Below, one piece after another: positions 1-10,845 of a stretch of 32,000 nucleotides of DNA (position 1 is its first letter; every line of letters begins with the position of its first letter). A program made the translations under genes and the position numbers. The stretch lies in NCBI RefSeq assembly GCF_021533835.1, contig NZ_JAKFYQ010000001.1, positions 1,896,427-1,928,426 on the forward strand, given 5' to 3'. The notes beneath the pieces were generated by a model. The model saw only the letters and a program-made list of their open reading frames with translations, had not been told where the DNA came from and ran no database searches. The stretch is from Synechococcus sp. Nb3U1. GTDB lineage: Bacteria; Cyanobacteriota; Cyanobacteriia; Thermostichales; Thermostichaceae.

Positions 1-264
1 GATTGGCAAACGGGCCGCGAACGGGTGGCCCAGGAGTGGATCGAGCAACTGCTCACGGAGGCTTGGCGCATCGTTCAACCGCAGGGGTTTGGTTGCTTTT
101 TGGCTCCGCTGCAAACGCTGCTGAAACAGGGCAATGAGGCCCAGCGCTGGCTGCAACAGGTCAACCAGGGATCCTCTCCCGCCCAGGTGTACCAACAGGC
201 CATTCAGGAGCTAGCTTCCCAGGAACAAGCGATGCTAGAAACCCTGTGCCAAGCGGTGGGATAA
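1..264 (+). CDS. 3' end of a hypothetical protein gene that starts upstream of the window
   Basis: Frame 1 is open from base 1 to the stop at 262-264. No domain recognised in the visible 87 residues. Confidence 0.4.
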   Translation, partial: DWQTGRERVAQEWIEQLLTEAWRIVQPQGFGCFLAPLQTLLKQGNEAQRWLQQVNQGSSPAQVYQQAIQELASQEQAMLETLCQAVG

Positions 265-364
265 TCCGCGTCATCCTATCAGCTCCGGATTTGAGCCGTA
301 TCGCCACTGATCTCCAGCAGGGCTGTCACTCAGTTGTTACTCATGTTACCCAAAGGATTGGGAG

Positions 365-739
365 CTAGCGGGCGGAGGAAGCAGGAGAAAAATTGGCGAT
401 GCCCGTTTGCAGATCGCTAAAACAGGTCAACACCTTTTCCATGGAAGTGAGATTGAGTACCAGAGCAACGCTTTCGGGCACGCTACAGAGGCTGAGGTTG
501 CCACCCGCAGCACGACATTTGCGCAATGCCGAGATCAGCACCCCCAACCCGGAGCTATCCATAAACGTGACCGACGACATATCGATCAACAGGTTCGGGT
601 AACCAAAATCCAAGACCTGTTGCAACAGTTGCCGAGCATCAGAGGCAGCTTTGGCATCGAAACGGCCTTCCAGAGGAACCACTGCCAGCTTTTGGCCTTG
701 GGGAGTTTCGGCAGTACGAATGCGCGGCTTGAAATCCAT
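365..739 (-). CDS. STAS-domain anti-sigma-factor antagonist (SpoIIAA-like)
   Basis: 124 aa. The motif ...VTFMDSSGLGVLISALRK... is typical of the STAS/SpoIIAA family. Confidence 0.85.
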   Translation of the reverse strand: MDFKPRIRTAETPQGQKLAVVPLEGRFDAKAASDARQLLQQVLDFGYPNLLIDMSSVTFMDSSGLGVLISALRKCRAAGGNLSLCSVPESVALVLNLTSMEKVLTCFSDLQTGIANFSPASSAR

Positions 740-831
740 CGTTTCCAGCGAAAACTTTATGCCTCACCTTAGCACCGTCTGTTATTCCTCACCAGCGGGT
801 TCTCTCTAGGGAGCCCCAAGGGAGGATGGGT

Positions 832-1776
832 TTAGAGCATGGGCTCTAGGGCGAGAACATCGGTATTGAGAGGGGGGAGGGAAACGTGCAAACGAGGACG
901 GTGCATATAAAGCAACTGGGCCAACCGTTTGCGCAACTCCGTCCGAGGCACAATCGCGTCAATCAGTCCGTGAGCCAGCAGATACTCGGCGGTCTGGAAG
1001 CCCTCCGGCAGCTTACCTTTGCCGATGGTTTGCTCGATCACGTTCGGCCCGGCAAACCCCACCTGTACCCCCGGCTCTGCCAGGATCAAATCCCCCAACA
1101 TGGCAAAGCTGGCGGTCACCCCCCCATAGGTGGGCTGGGTGAGCACAGAGATAAACAACTGCCCAGCGTCGCGGTGTCGTTGCAGGGCGGCAGAGGTTTT
1201 GGCCATCTGCATCAGGCTGAGGATCCCTTCCTGCATACGGGCCCCCCCAGAAGCAGAAAAGATCACTAGGGGCAGATGATCCCGGGTGGCACGTTCGGTG
1301 AGGCGGGCGATTTTTTCTCCCACCACAGATCCCATGCTGCCGCCCATAAAGCGGAAATCCATTACCCCAACCGCCAGTGGGATCCCGTCCAGGTTACCCA
1401 GCCCTGTCAAGACAGCATCCTTGAGTTGGGTACGCTCTTGGTAGCTGCTGATGCGCTCAGGGTAAGGCTTTTGGTCGAAAAAGCACAGCGGATCCGCCGG
1501 GGCCAAGTGCTCGTCGAGGGGTTGCCAGGAGCCAGGATCCAGGAGTTGCTCCAAACGCTCGGGAGCTGTAATGCGCTGGTGATGGCCACAATTGGGGCAA
1601 ACTTGCAGATTTTGGTGCAGGTCTTTGGTGTAGGTGAGGGCGTCGCAGGCAGAACATTTTTGCCAGAGGCCATCGGCAATCTCCCGTACCTGACGCTCTT
1701 TATCAAAGGGGCTGCTGCCCGTCAGGTTAAGCGAAGAAGCTTTGCGGCGCTCCGCGAACCAGTCCAGTAAAGACAT
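832..1776 (-). CDS. accD: Acetyl-CoA carboxylase carboxyltransferase beta subunit
   Basis: N-terminus [12 protein letters not shown], zinc ribbon [13 protein letters not shown]...CPNCGHH, and a carboxyltransferase GG motif region. The start is placed at ATG 1776; the ORF-track start at 1854 adds 26 non-conserved residues. Confidence 0.9.
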   Translation of the reverse strand: MSLLDWFAERRKASSLNLTGSSPFDKERQVREIADGLWQKCSACDALTYTKDLHQNLQVCPNCGHHQRITAPERLEQLLDPGSWQPLDEHLAPADPLCFFDQKPYPERISSYQERTQLKDAVLTGLGNLDGIPLAVGVMDFRFMGGSMGSVVGEKIARLTERATRDHLPLVIFSASGGARMQEGILSLMQMAKTSAALQRHRDAGQLFISVLTQPTYGGVTASFAMLGDLILAEPGVQVGFAGPNVIEQTIGKGKLPEGFQTAEYLLAHGLIDAIVPRTELRKRLAQLLYMHRPRLHVSLPPLNTDVLALEPML

Positions 1777-1838
1777 AGCTGCTGAAACATCTCCTCCCAT
1801 GGGTAGGGATGGTGAGAGCCAGTTGAGAGGTTGTACAG

Positions 1839-2789
1839 GTGATCTGCGAAACACATCTCAATGTTCTCAAGCTACCAAAGAATCGCCAAACTGAAAATAA
1901 GTGGAAAGGAGGAAGACAGGTGGTGACCCATGGAACAAAGTTGCCGTTTTTGACCACGGGGGATGGATCCCTGACCTTTTTCTCGGCAGAGTTTGGGCAG
2001 GCGTTTCACAATCTGAGCGGCGCGGCACAAGAGGCCCTGGAGAAATTTGTCCGTCCCTGTCGTCTGGATCGGTTGCCGCTAGAACGGGATCCCCTACAAC
2101 CAATCCACATCCTCGATATTTGCTTTGGCCTAGGGTATAACTCCGGCATTGCCCTGGAAACCCTCTGGCAAGTTAGGCCCAACTTTCCGGTGCGGGTGAT
2201 GGGCCTGGAGCGTTCCCCGGAAGTGCCGCGGCAGGCGTGGCAAGCCGGTGTGGGATCCCACTGGAGCTTTCGGCAGACCTGGCAACAGTGGATCGAGCAG
2301 GGCTCCTGGCAATCGGAGCAGTGGCAGGGGGAACTGTTGTGGGGAGATGCCCGACAAACCCTGTTGCAGGTGCCGCTGGGGTGGGCGGATGCTGTGTTTT
2401 TGGATCCTTTTTCTCCTTCTGTCTGCCCGGAGTTGTGGACGGTGGAGTTTCTGCGGGCTGTGGCGGAACGGATGCGTCCCCAAGGCTACTTAGCCACCTA
2501 TTCCTGTGCAGCATCGGTGCGAGCGGCTCTGCAAGAGGCGGGTCTGCACATTGGCTCTACTCCCCCTTTGGGTCGCCCTTGGCCGGGAACGGTGGCCTCA
2601 CCGCAGAGTCAGGATTTGCCGCCCCTTTCGGACATGGAGTGGGAACACCTGAAAACCCGCGCTGCTGTGCCCTACCGGGATCCAACGTTGCAAGAGGGAC
2701 GATCCGAAATCCGGCTGCGCCGACAGCAGGAACAACAGGGATCCCTCCTGGAATCGACTTCTGTCTGGAAGCGCCGTTGGCATCAGTAG
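1839..2789 (+). CDS. Stand-alone MnmC methyltransferase-domain-like protein (DUF752 / SAM-dependent MTase)
   Basis: [13 protein letters not shown] (SAM-binding loop), [22 protein letters not shown] and [13 protein letters not shown] match the MnmC methyltransferase domain. The true start may be GTG near 1920. Confidence 0.7.
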   Translation: MICETHLNVLKLPKNRQTENKWKGGRQVVTHGTKLPFLTTGDGSLTFFSAEFGQAFHNLSGAAQEALEKFVRPCRLDRLPLERDPLQPIHILDICFGLGYNSGIALETLWQVRPNFPVRVMGLERSPEVPRQAWQAGVGSHWSFRQTWQQWIEQGSWQSEQWQGELLWGDARQTLLQVPLGWADAVFLDPFSPSVCPELWTVEFLRAVAERMRPQGYLATYSCAASVRAALQEAGLHIGSTPPLGRPWPGTVASPQSQDLPPLSDMEWEHLKTRAAVPYRDPTLQEGRSEIRLRRQQEQQGSLLESTSVWKRRWHQ

Positions 2790-2890
2790 TAGATATGAAA
2801 GACTTTGTCATCTTCCACAGACTCCGACCCGAAAGGGTTGCTCAAGGCCCTACAGGGTCACAGTATCAATGCTGATGGCCTGAACCAGAG

Positions 2891-4927
2891 CTATTCCTCC
2901 ACCTGCCGCAGTTCAATAACATCGGCACGGGGATCCGCTTGCAGCACTTCTAGTTCAATCCAGGCCCCTAGCGGGATCTGACGTTCTAACCTCACAGGCA
3001 CCCGAAAGGCGATTTCATCCAGCATCACCAGCACCAAATTCTCATGCTCGCGCAGATAGCCCAAGACCAAAGCCCGCCAAATTTGGCCCGGTCGCAGGCG
3101 CAGATATTCGATGCTCCAGTAGCGTTTGGATTTACGCTCCACCTGAATGGCCTCTCCGGTGCCCGGCTCCAGAGCCAGCAACAACTGCTGTACATCCGGC
3201 TCCGTTAACGGTAGGGGATCCCCCCGCAAAAAGGCTTTGATCTGGTAGTGGGCTACCAAATCCGCATAGCGGCGAATCGGGGAAGTCACCTGACAGTAGG
3301 CATCCAGGCCCAATCCGGTGTGTCGGCCTGGCTGTGTGCCTACTTCCGCCCGTGATAGGCACCGCATGATGGCAAATGAACGCACAGGCCCTTGGGGGTA
3401 CACATCCAAAACTTCTAGAGGGGGAAGATCGGGAGCCGGTTGCAGGCGGTAGGGCACTGGGATCCCGTTTTGGTGGGCAAAGCGAGCCGCCACCTCTCCG
3501 GTGAGCACCATCATTTCCGCCACCATTTGCCGCGAGGGGGTATCTTCAATGACCCGCAGATAGGGAATGTCATCGATCACCTTGATGTCTTGTTCCGGCA
3601 GACCGATCTGGATCGCTCCCTGACCCATGCGCCACCCGTAGCGCCACTGAGCTGCCTGGGCAATCGCCGTCAATTGGGCCTCTGCTCCCAGCTCCAGCAT
3701 CTCGTCGGCATCTTCATAGGTGAGGCGGTAGGTGACTTTGATTTGGCTGAGGCAAATTTCGGAGGCGAGGATCTGGCCGTTGCATCCTAGTACAATGCCA
3801 AAACTGAGGGCGGGCCGTACTTCCCCTTGGACCAAGCTCATCGGGCCGGTGGACAGTTGCGGCGGGAACATCGGAATGACCTGCTCCGGCAGATACACGC
3901 TCGTACCCCGCTTACGGGCCTCCACATCCAGGGGATCCCCCCACTGTACCCAACGACTGGGATCGGCAATGTGGATCCACAGTTTCACCCGCTCATCAGA
4001 CCAAGACTCGATACTGAGGGCATCGTCAATATCGCGGGTACTGGCATCGTCGATGGTGTAGGTGTGGAGGTGGGTGAGATCGCGGCGGGGCAAGTCTTCG
4101 GGCGGGGGATCCTCCAGCAAAGTTTGCGTGTACTGCTCCACCTCCTTCGGGAACTGGGTCGGGATCCCGGTCAGGCGTAGGGCCAGGTTTTCGTGGCGGC
4201 TCCACAATCCCAAAGCAATCAGCGCATCAAAGGCCCCCTGGGGTGTGGCGGGAAAGCCCATCTGTTCCAGGAGTTGCGAGGCCCGTTCTCGATCGGAGGC
4301 ATTGAGGTTGTTGGAAAGATCATCGTGGCTACGGATCGCTGCTGCTGCCCCCTGCAAAGCCAGGCGCTCTAGCAATTCCAGGCGGGCTCGTTCAGCAGCA
4401 GTCCAGGCATAACCCTGTCCGGGATGGGCCAAAGCCTGCTGCACATGCGCTTCAAACTCCGCCTGTTCCTGCTGCCGTTGTTGGGTAACCGCAATTTGAT
4501 GCAGAATCTCCTTTACCTGAGCTGGAGTACGCGGTTCGTAGCCTTCCCCTTTCGGCTTGAAATAGGTGCGATCGTCGCTGAGCAGGCGATAGGTGGCATA
4601 GGTGGAAATGGGGGAGTCATCGGAAAATAACAACTGGGCGATCTCCGACAGACTGAGGACGTGGTGGTCTTCTTGCACCAATTCCCAAGCAACCGCCAGA
4701 CTCTCGGGATCCAACTTGGCTTGTACGGCCTGCCAAAAGCCGGGAATATCAGAAGCGGTGAAACTGGAGCCGCTATTCAGGGCAAAGGTAATCTGACGGG
4801 GATGAACACTGTGAACCTGGCCCGAAGCAACCCCCAACAACAGGTTCTTTTTACCTTCTGTGCCCTGAACCACCGCCAATACACGGTCGCTATTGTGACG
4901 AAACTCCACCAGCGTGCCCTTTTCCAC
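2891..4927 (-). CDS. RNase II / RNase R family 3'-5' exoribonuclease (RNB domain)
   Basis: 678 aa with RNB motifs YTIDDASTRDIDDALS and VTSPIRRYADLVAHYQ. Confidence 0.9.
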   Translation of the reverse strand: MEKGTLVEFRHNSDRVLAVVQGTEGKKNLLLGVASGQVHSVHPRQITFALNSGSSFTASDIPGFWQAVQAKLDPESLAVAWELVQEDHHVLSLSEIAQLLFSDDSPISTYATYRLLSDDRTYFKPKGEGYEPRTPAQVKEILHQIAVTQQRQQEQAEFEAHVQQALAHPGQGYAWTAAERARLELLERLALQGAAAAIRSHDDLSNNLNASDRERASQLLEQMGFPATPQGAFDALIALGLWSRHENLALRLTGIPTQFPKEVEQYTQTLLEDPPPEDLPRRDLTHLHTYTIDDASTRDIDDALSIESWSDERVKLWIHIADPSRWVQWGDPLDVEARKRGTSVYLPEQVIPMFPPQLSTGPMSLVQGEVRPALSFGIVLGCNGQILASEICLSQIKVTYRLTYEDADEMLELGAEAQLTAIAQAAQWRYGWRMGQGAIQIGLPEQDIKVIDDIPYLRVIEDTPSRQMVAEMMVLTGEVAARFAHQNGIPVPYRLQPAPDLPPLEVLDVYPQGPVRSFAIMRCLSRAEVGTQPGRHTGLGLDAYCQVTSPIRRYADLVAHYQIKAFLRGDPLPLTEPDVQQLLLALEPGTGEAIQVERKSKRYWSIEYLRLRPGQIWRALVLGYLREHENLVLVMLDEIAFRVPVRLERQIPLGAWIELEVLQADPRADVIELRQVEE

Positions 4928-5315
4928 CCTGTTTTCCTCGGCTCAGGCTTTTCTCCCATTCTCTATCAGACCCGTCCATCTGCCCATGTGCAGGCATACC
5001 GAGGCGCGAGAACATGAATTGTTACAAATTGTTGCTGACTGGGCAAGATTAAGAGACGGGATCCCTGACGCTGAATCGTGAGAAAACTTCTGATGCAGCT
5101 ATTTCCAAGCTTTTCAGTTGGGTAATCTCACTCTTGTCAATTTTGTATAAAAGCGCATCTCCGTATATGTGCAGGTTTGGGTTAAATTCTAGCAAGGAGA
5201 ATCAGTAAACTATCGGATCCCTGAGTATCATAGTTGTGTACTGAAATCTGCGGGTACCCTTGGCTTCCCCCTCAACTCCTTCCTCTTTAGCTCTTTAGAA
5301 AGCGAAAGGCGAACT

Positions 5316-5954
5316 GTGGACAACCAAAAGCGATTGCTGCTCATTGATGATGACCCGAACTTGATCCTTCTGGTCAAGGATTACCTAGAGTTTCGCGGCT
5401 ATGAGGTGATCCCGGCAAGTAACGGTCGAGAAGGATTAGAGGCGATGCGCAACTTCACCCCTGACTTGATCGTCTGTGACGTGATGATGCCGGAGATGGA
5501 TGGCTACACCTTTGTTGAGACGATCCGAGCCAACACCGCCACGGATTGGGTGCCTGTGATCTTTTTGTCGGCGCGAGGGCAAACGGCGGATCGGGTGCGC
5601 GGCCTAACCACAGGGGCAGATGTTTACATGGTCAAGCCCTTCGAGCCGGAAGAGCTGGTGGCTCAGGTGGAGTCTTCCCTAAAACATACGGATCGCCTGT
5701 TGCAGATGCAGAATGTGGGCATTCAGCCGATTATGAAACTGGATCGGGAAATTGACCTCACTCCAACAGAAACCAAGGTGATCCAGTACGTGGCCAAAGG
5801 TATGTCCAATCGGGAGATCGCGGATTCTCTTGGGGTAAGCCAGCGCACCATCGAAAGCCATGTTAGCAACATGCTGGGCAAAACCGGCCTCCACAACCGT
5901 ACCGAATTGGCTCGTTGGGCGATGGAAAGTGGGTTGGGCAAAAACCGGGTATAA
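5316..5954 (+). CDS. Two-component response regulator, NarL/LuxR type (REC + LuxR HTH; Ycf29-like architecture)
   Basis: REC motifs LLIDDD...DLIVCDVMMPEMDG...K. C-terminal LuxR HTH LTPTETKVIQYVAKGMSNREIADSLGVSQRTIESHVSNM. GTG start. Confidence 0.9.
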   Translation: MDNQKRLLLIDDDPNLILLVKDYLEFRGYEVIPASNGREGLEAMRNFTPDLIVCDVMMPEMDGYTFVETIRANTATDWVPVIFLSARGQTADRVRGLTTGADVYMVKPFEPEELVAQVESSLKHTDRLLQMQNVGIQPIMKLDREIDLTPTETKVIQYVAKGMSNREIADSLGVSQRTIESHVSNMLGKTGLHNRTELARWAMESGLGKNRV

Positions 5955-6036
5955 GCAGTTCCCGTCTTCTCTCAGGATTCTCTCACCCTGTCGACAGCCT
6001 TTGGGGATAGGGTAGTAGCGACGCTCGCAGAGCAAG

Positions 6037-6651
6037 GTGGATATGGTGGGCAAGTTTTTTCAAAAGTTGGCTGGGGAGGATCCCTTGTCTAGTCGAGTGC
6101 CCCCTGGGCAGCATTTGGCGCGGGGCTTTCCTGTCCTCACCTACGGGGATACCCCGGTGATCCAGCCGGAAGAATGGCAGCTACGCATCTGGGGATCCGT
6201 GGAAAAAGAGGTGGTGCTCACCTGGGAGGATTTGCTGGCGTTGCCTCAGCATACCTTCACGGCAGATTTTCACTGTGTTACCCGCTGGTCGAAGCTGGAC
6301 GTAACCTGGACGGGGGTGCGGATCCTGGATTTGTTAGAGGCAGTGTCGATTCGTCCTGAGGCCAAGGCAGTGATGCAACACTGTTACGGCGGCTACACCA
6401 CCAACCTGACCCTGGAGGAGTTTATCCGTCCTGAAAACTACATGGTGCACACCCTAGAAGGGGAGCGGATCCCGGTGGATCATGGTGGCCCGGTACGGAC
6501 TCTGGTGCCCCATCTCTACGCCTGGAAAAGTGCCAAGTGGATTAGCGACCTGGAGTTTCTCCCGCAGGATCGACCGGGTTTTTGGGAACGCAACGGCTAC
6601 CACATGCGCGGCGAACCCTGGTCGGAAGAACGCTACAGCAGCAATTTCTGA
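6037..6651 (+). CDS. Molybdopterin-binding oxidoreductase (sulfite-oxidase-like / YedY-like catalytic domain)
   Basis: FTADFHCVTRWSKLDVTWTGV and GGPVRTLVPHLYAWKSAKW are characteristic of the Oxidored_molyb domain. Confidence 0.8.
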   Translation: MDMVGKFFQKLAGEDPLSSRVPPGQHLARGFPVLTYGDTPVIQPEEWQLRIWGSVEKEVVLTWEDLLALPQHTFTADFHCVTRWSKLDVTWTGVRILDLLEAVSIRPEAKAVMQHCYGGYTTNLTLEEFIRPENYMVHTLEGERIPVDHGGPVRTLVPHLYAWKSAKWISDLEFLPQDRPGFWERNGYHMRGEPWSEERYSSNF

Positions 6652-6774
6652 GGGGCTCACGCTTCTTTGCCCGCAGCAACCCCTTTTGGCAGCACACTGG
6701 AATAGGTAAGTTAGGCTCTGGCCTGTAAGTTCTGTTTTCAGCCATCAGCCCCTGTCGCTTTTTTTCCAACTGCC

Positions 6775-7989
6775 ATGGGATCCCGTTCATCTCGTCCAGC
6801 CCAACCAATCCGTTCCGGCCATTACCCCGCCAAAGAGCTGTGCAGCCAGTGCGGCCTTTGCGATACCCACTATGTGGCGCAGGTCAAAGAAGCCTGTGCC
6901 TTCTTAAATCAACAATTTACGGAACTAGAGGAACACACCCACGGGCGGTCGCGGGAATCGGTACGGGTGGGATCCCCAACCCCGGAGGTTTCGGATACCG
7001 ATTACTTCGGTATTTACGAAGAGATGTTCACCGTCCGCAAACGGGATCCGATTGAGGGAGCCCAGTGGACGGGCATTGTCAGTAGCATCGGCATGAAGGC
7101 CCTCACTGCCGGCTTGGTGGAGGGGGTGGTGTGTGTGCGGGCGGATGTGGAGGATCGCTTTAAGCCGCAACCCATTTTGGCGCGTACCCCAGAGGAGGTT
7201 TTGGCGGCACGGGTGAACAAACCAACCTTATCTCCGAATTTATCGGTGCTCGAGCAGGTGGAACAGAGCGGTCTGAAGCGGTTGTTGGTGATCGGGGTGG
7301 GCTGCCAAATTCAGGCCTTGCGGGCGGTGGAGAAGAAGCTGGGCTTAGAAAAACTCTACGTGTTGGGCACCCCTTGTGTGGATAATGTCAGCCGGGCCGG
7401 GTTACAAAAATTCCTCGAAACCACCAGCCGCTCCCCAGAAACGGTGGTGCATTATGAATTCATGCAGGATTTCCGCGTCCATTTCAAGCACGAAGATGGC
7501 TCAGTGGAAAAGGTGCCCTTTTTTGGCCTCAACACCAAGCAGTTGAAGGATGTTTTTGCCCCCTCTTGCCTCAGTTGTTTTGACTATGTAAATGCCTTGG
7601 CGGATCTGGTGGTGGGTTATATGGGATCCCCGTTCGGCTGGCAATGGCTGTTGGTACGCAATGGGCGGGGGCGAGAGTTGCTGGATTTGGTCTGGGAGGA
7701 GCTAGAGATCCAAGCGGTGATATCCAAGGGATCCCGGCAAGCCGCTGTTCAACAAGGGATCCAAGCCTATGACCAAGCCATGACCTTGCCGATGTGGTTG
7801 GCCTATCTCATGGGGGCAGTGATAGAGCGGATTGGGCCACAGGGGTTGGAATATGCCCGCTTCTCCATCGATTCTCACTTCACCCGCAACTATCTCTACG
7901 TGCGCCGCCAACATCCTCAAAAACTAGAACAACACGTCCCTCCCTTTGCTCAGCGCATCGTCAGCCAGTACCGTTTGCCCAAAAATTAG
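6775..7989 (+). CDS. FrhB/FdhB-family protein (coenzyme F420 hydrogenase beta-like; cyanobacterial homologue of 7-hydroxymethyl chlorophyll a reductase)
   Basis: N-terminal Cys cluster ELCSQCGLCDTHY...CAF, a VIGVGCQIQAL core and GTPCVDN. The length of 404 aa is typical. Confidence 0.8.
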   Translation: MGSRSSRPAQPIRSGHYPAKELCSQCGLCDTHYVAQVKEACAFLNQQFTELEEHTHGRSRESVRVGSPTPEVSDTDYFGIYEEMFTVRKRDPIEGAQWTGIVSSIGMKALTAGLVEGVVCVRADVEDRFKPQPILARTPEEVLAARVNKPTLSPNLSVLEQVEQSGLKRLLVIGVGCQIQALRAVEKKLGLEKLYVLGTPCVDNVSRAGLQKFLETTSRSPETVVHYEFMQDFRVHFKHEDGSVEKVPFFGLNTKQLKDVFAPSCLSCFDYVNALADLVVGYMGSPFGWQWLLVRNGRGRELLDLVWEELEIQAVISKGSRQAAVQQGIQAYDQAMTLPMWLAYLMGAVIERIGPQGLEYARFSIDSHFTRNYLYVRRQHPQKLEQHVPPFAQRIVSQYRLPKN

Positions 7990-8236
7990 ATGAGAACGGC
8001 AATCCGTGTCATTTGCTTGTTGAGTCCTGTCACCTGCTGGGTCAGGAGCACCAGTAAGTCTTTGAGCTCTTGATTGTTATCGCTCACAGGCTTAATGCTT
8101 TGGGATGAGCTTTGGGATGAACTGTTGCCCCAACTATAGCGCAGCACTGGCCGGTGAAATTGACCTCGATTCCTGTGGGGGAAAGGGATCCCTACTCATC
8201 GGGAACAACCCACTGTACAGCGATAGAGAGGTTGAA

Positions 8237-9148
8237 TTAGACGACTTTGCCGTCAGCCGTGATTTTCCCCTTCAATTTACTGGCGCGTTCTTCCGCCTCA
8301 TCCATAACCACTGCGAGTTGCTCTAACACCTCACCAGGATGCTTTTCCAAGACCCGCGTAGAAAGAGCCATCCGTCCTTTGGCCTCATCCAGGTCGATCA
8401 CGACCGCTTTGATCAGTTGGCCCGGCTTGAACAAATCCGGCAGAGAGGCTACAAAACTTTGGCTCACTTGTTTGATGTGCAGTAGCCCGGTTACCCCTTC
8501 CAAATCCACGAATACCCCAAAGGGCTTCAGACCACTCACCTTGCCCTCGACCACCTGGCCAATCTCATAACGGCCCAAGTTCTCGGCCTGAGCTGCCACC
8601 CGTTGCGACAGCACCAGTTTATTGGCTTCTGCATTCACTTCGATAAAGCCCGCCGTCAGGGATTGTCCCACCAGCTCCTTGAGGTCTTCCCGCTGGTTGA
8701 GGTGAGAGCGAGGAATAAAGCCGCGCAGCCCCTGTACATCCACCAGTACCCCACCCTTGTTGGTGCCGATCACCGAAACCGTCACCGTCTGGCCGTTGGC
8801 TTGCTTCTGGGCCAGTTCCTCCCAGATCAGCTTCAATTGCAAGCGCCGCACCGAGAGTAATATCTGTCCATCCCGGTCTTCCCGGACGATTAAAAACTCG
8901 GCTTCCGTTTTCAGCGGGAACAGCTCACTCAAATCCTCCACTGGGCGGATCCCTGCTTCCCGCAGGGGCAAAAAGGCCGGAGACTTGCCGCCAATATCCA
9001 CCAGGACACCGTCATTCTGATGTTGGAAGATGCGGCCCCGTACCACCTGTCCTGGTCGAAAGTCGAGGTTTTGCGCCTCTAAAGCCTGGGCAAAATCTTC
9101 CGAGGAAAAAGAATCAGCAGCCTGAGAGCGAGGAGATTGGACGGTCAT
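8237..9148 (-). CDS. S1 RNA-binding-domain protein (30S ribosomal protein S1 homologue, short cyanobacterial form)
   Basis: Three S1 repeats (GQVVRGRIF..., VTVSVIGTNKGGVLVDVQGLRGFIP, GQVVEGKVSGLKPFGVFVDL). The start is placed at ATG 9148, because the longer ORF-track start would overlap the Rrf2 gene. Confidence 0.85.
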   Translation of the reverse strand: MTVQSPRSQAADSFSSEDFAQALEAQNLDFRPGQVVRGRIFQHQNDGVLVDIGGKSPAFLPLREAGIRPVEDLSELFPLKTEAEFLIVREDRDGQILLSVRRLQLKLIWEELAQKQANGQTVTVSVIGTNKGGVLVDVQGLRGFIPRSHLNQREDLKELVGQSLTAGFIEVNAEANKLVLSQRVAAQAENLGRYEIGQVVEGKVSGLKPFGVFVDLEGVTGLLHIKQVSQSFVASLPDLFKPGQLIKAVVIDLDEAKGRMALSTRVLEKHPGEVLEQLAVVMDEAEERASKLKGKITADGKVV

Positions 9149-9249
9149 GGAAATGGGGTCAGTCAAAAAAACAATGCGCTTCAGGATAACCCAAAACTTG
9201 CCAGGGATCCCAGCCTGTCTTGAACAGTCCTGGGGTGGGTGCGGTGGGT

Positions 9250-9690
9250 TCAGATGTAGTACATCAGATTGGCTCGTTGCTGTTGCGCTTGCTGGTCGCA
9301 GAGGTCTTGGAGGGTGGTCTTTTGCAGAATCGCCACTGCCGCCGCTTGTGCATCTTGCCAAGCCTTGAGAAGCACTTCCCGCTCTGGGGTGGGATCCGCT
9401 GTGGGCAAATCGCGGGATCGGGTCAGATCTTCCCCTTCAATGGCCTGGATCACATCCAGCAGAGAGATCATCCAGGGTGCCCGTGCCAGAGAGTAGCCGC
9501 CTTTGGCTCCCCGTTGGCTGCGAACCAATCCCTGCCTGCGTAAGGTGGCCAGTAACTGCTCTAGGTAGCGGTCGGGAATAGATTGATGGGCAGCGATTTC
9601 CTTGATTTGCAACACTTGTCCATCATTGTGGTGCTGGGCTAACTCCAGGAGAGCCAGTAGGGCGTATTCAGTTTTACAAGACAGTTCCAA
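9250..9690 (-). CDS. Rrf2-family transcriptional regulator
   Basis: MELSCKTEYALLALLELA...IPDRYLEQLLATLRRQGLVRSQRGAKGGYSLA is the canonical Rrf2 wHTH. No C-terminal Cys cluster is seen. Confidence 0.9.
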   Translation of the reverse strand: MELSCKTEYALLALLELAQHHNDGQVLQIKEIAAHQSIPDRYLEQLLATLRRQGLVRSQRGAKGGYSLARAPWMISLLDVIQAIEGEDLTRSRDLPTADPTPEREVLLKAWQDAQAAAVAILQKTTLQDLCDQQAQQQRANLMYYI

Positions 9691-9822
9691 GGTTCAAATC
9701 CTTCGTGGAGGCATCCAATCTATGATACTCCGGCTTACCACTGGGGTTTGTCAGGATTCCATACCCGGCTGAGGAGGGGATCCAACCTGTATGGTGGATA
9801 TAGGCTCCTTTGGGAATGATTT

Positions 9823-10824
9823 ATGGCTGCTGTCCCTACCTTGTCTGCTTCTGGTTCAACAGGGATCCCGGCAGAAGCCTTACAAGGGTTACACCAACAA
9901 ATTGGTCGGCTGAACGCCAATATCGAATCGGTATTTCAGGGCAAGCCTCAGGTGGTGCGGGCGATAGTCACAGCCTTGGTTGCAGAAGGCCATGTCTTGC
10001 TTGAAGATGTGCCAGGTGTCGGCAAAACTACCTTGGCTCGGGCCATAGCCCGCAGTTTGGGGGCGGATTTTCAACGAATTCAATTCACCAGCGACCTGTT
10101 GCCGACAGATATTTTGGGCCTCACCCTGTTCAACAAAGACAAGGCAGATTTTGAATTTCGCCCCGGCCCGATCTTTGCCCATGTGATTTTGGCGGATGAG
10201 ATTAACCGGACTTCTCCCCGCACCCAAAGTGCTCTGTTGGAGGCGATGGCGGAAAAGCAAGTCTCGGTGGATGATCGCACCTATTCTCTGCCGGATCCGT
10301 TTATCGTGTTAGCTACCCAGAACCCGTTGGAATATCACGGTACTTATCCTTTACCAGAAAGTCAGTTGGATCGGTTTTTGGTGCGGTTGTCGATTGGTTA
10401 TCCTAGCGCCGAGATCGAGCGAGCCCTACTTCTACAACGGCAACAAGCTGAGCCAGTGGATTCTTTGCAGCCGGTTCTCTCTCTAGCAGAGTTACGGCGT
10501 ATTCAGGCAGCGGTGGATCAAGTGCATTTAGAGGGATCCCTGGCGGATTACCTTTTGCAAGTGGTGCAGGCAACTCGTGCCTCCAAGCTGTTGCGGGCAG
10601 GGGTTTCGACTCGCGGGGCCTTGGCCTTGGCACGGGCAGCACGGGCGCAGGCGTTGGTGAATGGGCGCAGTTTTTGCTTGCCAGAGGATTTGCAAACCCT
10701 GTTTGTGTCGGTGTTGGCGCATCGGATTTCTCTGCTCGGATCTGGGGAAAGGGCTGGCAACCAACGGCAAGAGGCGGAGGCGGTGATCCGAGATATTGTT
10801 TCGACAATAGAGCCCCCTGTTTGA
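9823..10824 (+). CDS. MoxR-family AAA+ ATPase
   Basis: Walker A LEDVPGVGKTTLARA, Walker B VILADEINR, and FIVLATQNPLE...LPESQLDRF. Confidence 0.9.
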   Translation: MAAVPTLSASGSTGIPAEALQGLHQQIGRLNANIESVFQGKPQVVRAIVTALVAEGHVLLEDVPGVGKTTLARAIARSLGADFQRIQFTSDLLPTDILGLTLFNKDKADFEFRPGPIFAHVILADEINRTSPRTQSALLEAMAEKQVSVDDRTYSLPDPFIVLATQNPLEYHGTYPLPESQLDRFLVRLSIGYPSAEIERALLLQRQQAEPVDSLQPVLSLAELRRIQAAVDQVHLEGSLADYLLQVVQATRASKLLRAGVSTRGALALARAARAQALVNGRSFCLPEDLQTLFVSVLAHRISLLGSGERAGNQRQEAEAVIRDIVSTIEPPV

Positions 10825-10845
10825 GCTGTTCTTGGGTTGTTGCTG

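Noticed and set aside
1777-1854. The N-terminal extensions given by the ORF track for accD (start 1854) and the S1 protein (start 9361).
   Set aside because: The conserved N-termini begin at internal ATGs (1776 and 9148). The extensions are non-conserved, and in the S1 case the extension overlaps the Rrf2 gene.
2790-2890. A search for rho-independent terminators in the convergent gaps 2790-2890, 7990-8236 and 10825-10845.
   Set aside because: Only 4-5 bp stems without U-tracts were seen, which is not enough to call a terminator.
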